DNA of 64,000 bases from Microthyrium microscopicum. Its lineage: Eukaryota. How positions within the stretch are numbered: position 1 is the first letter of the stretch; the number at the start of each line of letters is the position of its first letter. The stretch spans positions 321,530-385,529 of the forward strand of contig MU004238.1 of assembly GCA_010405405.1 (NCBI GenBank). The letters run 5' to 3'. A program made the translations under genes and the position numbers. A model generated the notes under the pieces. That model ran no database searches. It saw nothing but the letters and a program-made list of their open reading frames with translations, and had not been told where the DNA came from. Shown here one piece after another: positions 63,201-64,000 of this stretch.

Positions 63201-64000
63201 ATATAAGAGATCTACCTATTATTAATATTAAAATACGCTATTAAATATATAGATATTAGTTTACTTTGCTAGCTAATTAATCTTATAATATATTAGTTCT
63301 ATAAGTCTAGTTCTAATAATTATAGTAATAAGATAATATAGCTTAAGTAAAATATACTAAATACTATTAATAAACTAGAGTTATAACGCGCTATACTAGC
63401 TTTTAGCTTAGTTAACTAGCTTAGTAAACTATATACTTATAAGGCTATAGATTTAGGCTTAGAATATATAAATAGTAGTATAAAACTAGATATAAAAGCC
63501 TAGAAGAATTTAACTTATAATATTTATACTACTTTTAATTATATATACCTTATAAATAGTTTTAGTAAAGAGTTAAAAGCTACGCTAGAGAATTTATTTA
63601 GTAAATATATATCTAGTATAAGGAGTATTACTATTATAAAGTATAACGTTAATATAATATATAATACTTTAATTTAAGGTAATTTTATAGAGCATTAGTT
63701 TCTAGAGGCTATTTAGATTAGAAAGAATAATTACAACTCTTAAGATATATAAATATTTAGAGCCTTAATACTTATTATTAGATAAAGGCGTTTAATAAAA
63801 AGTATATAATAATTTTAAATTAAGCGCGTATAATACTTAAGAGTAGTAGAGACGTTAAGCTAAAGTTTAATACTAGTATAGTAGTAAATTATACCTAAGC
63901 TTAAGATGCTAAAGAAGAAGATAAATTTAGTAACTTTAAAGATATTAATAGATTTTAACCTAAGTTTTTAAGTTAGTTTAATTATATATATTATAATAAA
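60300..64000. mobile_element. Heavily RIP-mutated AT-rich repeat block, probably an LTR retrotransposon (tentatively Ty1/copia-like); runs off the window
   Basis: Abrupt switch to very AT-rich DNA with CpA/TpG almost absent and no ORFs. A faint plus-strand relic 'FKTKLKSRFINNKDKK' (~62335) resembles copia KARLV.RG..Q. The class assignment is weak. Confidence 0.75.

Overview
This is a 64-kb window from a filamentous ascomycete (Pezizomycotina). It has short GT-AG introns with CTAAC-type branch sites and repeats mutated by RIP (repeat-induced point mutation). The species cannot be named from the sequence. Core genes are CAP/SRV2 (3' part), SFP1, a cytochrome P450, a GH5 exo-beta-1,3-glucanase, a GrpB-like protein, PLAC8, an Mss4/GFA-like protein, CFEM, a DUF4267-like protein, a GMC oxidoreductase, an aspartic protease, mitochondrial IleRS, an RRM-like gene, a GH5 sterylglucosidase-like gene and PNG1. 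An accessory island at 12.6-21.5 kb holds a 9-exon Kex2-processed repeat-peptide precursor, three small secreted Cys-rich proteins and five tandem non-secreted 'MC' Cys/His microproteins. Mobile DNA comprises two TA-flanked MITEs, a 3.3-kb RIP-mutated Tc1/mariner-like element and a RIP-mutated retroelement-like block at the right end. The strongest hidden signal is three genes whose reading frames continue past a single in-frame TAG into structured protein: SFP1 gains two zinc fingers, MC copy 3 completes its Cys motif, and a 30-kb gene gains 189 aa. This fits UAG-to-UIG(Trp) A-to-I editing or readthrough. SFP1 also has an ATG-depleted leader with a probable non-AUG extension and a possible alternative first exon.
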